Positions 62,314 to 64,000 of a stretch of DNA of 64,000 nt are shown piece by piece. Below the pieces are notes generated by a model. That model searched no databases. It worked only from the letters and a program-made list of their open reading frames with translations, and was not told where the DNA came from. The translations under genes were made by a program, and so were the position numbers. This DNA comes from Octopus sinensis. Lineage: Eukaryota. The stretch covers positions 10,106,001 to 10,170,000 of the forward strand of contig NC_043024.1 in assembly GCF_006345805.1 (NCBI RefSeq), written 5' to 3'. Every line of letters starts with the position of its first letter. Within the stretch, counting starts at the first letter, position 1.

Positions 62314-63369
62314 ATTTCTTTATTGCCCACAAGGGGCTAAATATGGAGGGGACAAACAAGGACAGACAAACGGATAAAGTCGATTACATCGACCCCAGTG
62401 CGTAACTGGTACTTAATTTATCGACCCCGAAAGGATGAAAGGCAAAGTCGACCTCGGCGGAATTTGAACTCAGAACGTAACGGCAGACAAAATACCTATT
62501 TCTTTATTGCCCACAAGGGGCTAAATATAGAGGGGACAAACAAGGACAGACAAAGGCATTAAGCCGATTACATCGACCCCAGTGCGTAACTGGTACTTAA
62601 TTTATCGACCCCGAAAAGATGAAAAGCAAAGTCAGCCTCGGCGGAATTTGAACTCACAACGTAACAGCAGACAAAATACCTATTTCTTTATTACCCACGA
62701 GGGGCTAAACACACAAAGTACAAACGAGGACAGACAAACGGATTAAGTCGATTATATCGACTCCAGTACGTAACTGGTACTTAATTTATCGACCCTGAAA
62801 GGATGAAAAGCAAAGTCGGCCTCGGCGGAATTTGAACTCAGAACGTAACGGCAGACAAAATACCTATTTCTTTACTACCCACAAGGGGCTAAATACAGAA
62901 AGTACAAACGAGGACAGACAAACGGATTAAGTCGATTATATCGAATCCAGTACGTAACTGGTACTTAATTTATCGACCCTGAAAGGATGAAAGGCAAAGT
63001 CGGCCTCGGCGGAATTTGAACTCACAACGTAACGGCAGACGAAATACCTATTTCTTTATTACCAACAAGGGGCTAAACACACAAAGTACAAACAAGGACA
63101 GAAAAAGGGATTAAGTCGATTATATCGACTCCAGTACGTAACTGGTACTTAATTTATCGACCCCGAAAAGATGAAAGGCAAGTCGGCCTCGGCGGAATTT
63201 GAACTCAGAACGTAACGGCAGACGAAATACTGCTACGCATTTCGCCCAGCGTGCTAACGTTTCTGCCAGCTCGCCTTATTATTGTTTTGTTTTTTTTTGT
63301 AAAGTCAGACGAAATGGTGCTAAACATTTTGCCCGGCGCGCTAACTATTCTGCCAGCTCACCCCCTCTA
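62314..63369 (-). repeat. SINE-B array (5 x 184 bp plus an extra head) flanked by a 16-bp direct repeat
   Basis: gacccacgtaacactt at 62298-62313 and 63370-63385. Confidence 0.85.
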
Positions 63370-64000
63370 GACCCACGTAACACTTGCATGAATGTTAATA
63401 TTAACCTATTTTCTGTATGAACGAGATAAGAAAGTAATTTTTATTCTAGATTACATCGAACACGAAAAAACTAAAGCAAAGCCGATCTCGGTTTTTGAAT
63501 CAACTATCATAATACGAAGTACTCTTCTATCGGAATCTGTAACACAAGCAACAAAAGCGAAAACTAGCGGGGCTCGTATTCTACACCTACGCTCCAATTT
63601 GAATGAAATTTAGGAGCTATTTCTAGCAAGGGCCTGTGACCATATTGTGGCTTCTCATTGGCTGGTCACAAAAGAAAAGAAATGTGACAAGGCAAGAGAG
63701 ACAAATGCGAATGTCCTGTTATGTTTCTAACGCAGTTATCTTTCCTTAGTCAATTCAAAAGTTTTTCCTTTGGTCGCAGGTACGTAATTAAGATCTTAAT
63801 TGGCCGTTTATTTCTCTGTATCTTTTTATATATTAACTTCCTCTGCCTGTGTAGAAGAAAAACACTAACTATATTAAGTATTTAATTATTTACACAGTTT
63901 AATTATCAATATTATCGTGGTGTAACAAATTTATAAGCCCCAAATCAACCCCGGTTAAATACATCTATGAACCGGCATACAGTTCCTTTATTTCTCTGTA
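63367..64000 (-). repeat. Diverged inverted copy of ~59290-59852
   Basis: Reverse-complement matches to aattacgtacctgcg, gtctctcttgccttgtcaca, gctagaaatagctcctaaatttcattcaaatt and the 180-bp unit. Confidence 0.8.

Overview
AT-rich, very repeat-dense eukaryotic genomic DNA. The repeat families, (TA)n/(AAT)n tracts and TTAGGG motifs suggest an octopus or other cephalopod (inference). Two spliced minus-strand genes could be rebuilt by hand. (1) NDUFAF4: complete, 3 coding exons, 16359-21524, 214 aa. (2) An esterase D / S-formylglutathione hydrolase (ESD) homologue: 9 coding exons, 29149-52552. It keeps the Ser-Asp-His triad but has divergent pocket motifs and a 1-bp frame deficit in exon 4. The rest is tRNA-derived and RTE-tail SINEs (several amplified into tandem arrays with identical junctions), CR1/L2 and RTE LINE fragments, non-autonomous Helitrons, two MITE families with 8-bp TSDs, and mini/microsatellites. 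The most notable signal is a recurring architecture: (TA)n, a one-sided extension, a long near-perfect palindrome, then (TA)n (7 cases). Three of these palindromes contain type I hammerhead ribozyme motifs of the Penelope-like/retrozyme kind. One palindrome (10.7-11.1 kb) has an intact ribozyme on each strand. Another sits between two hAT MITEs that share one 8-bp TSD. All homology statements come from reading and recall, not from database searches.
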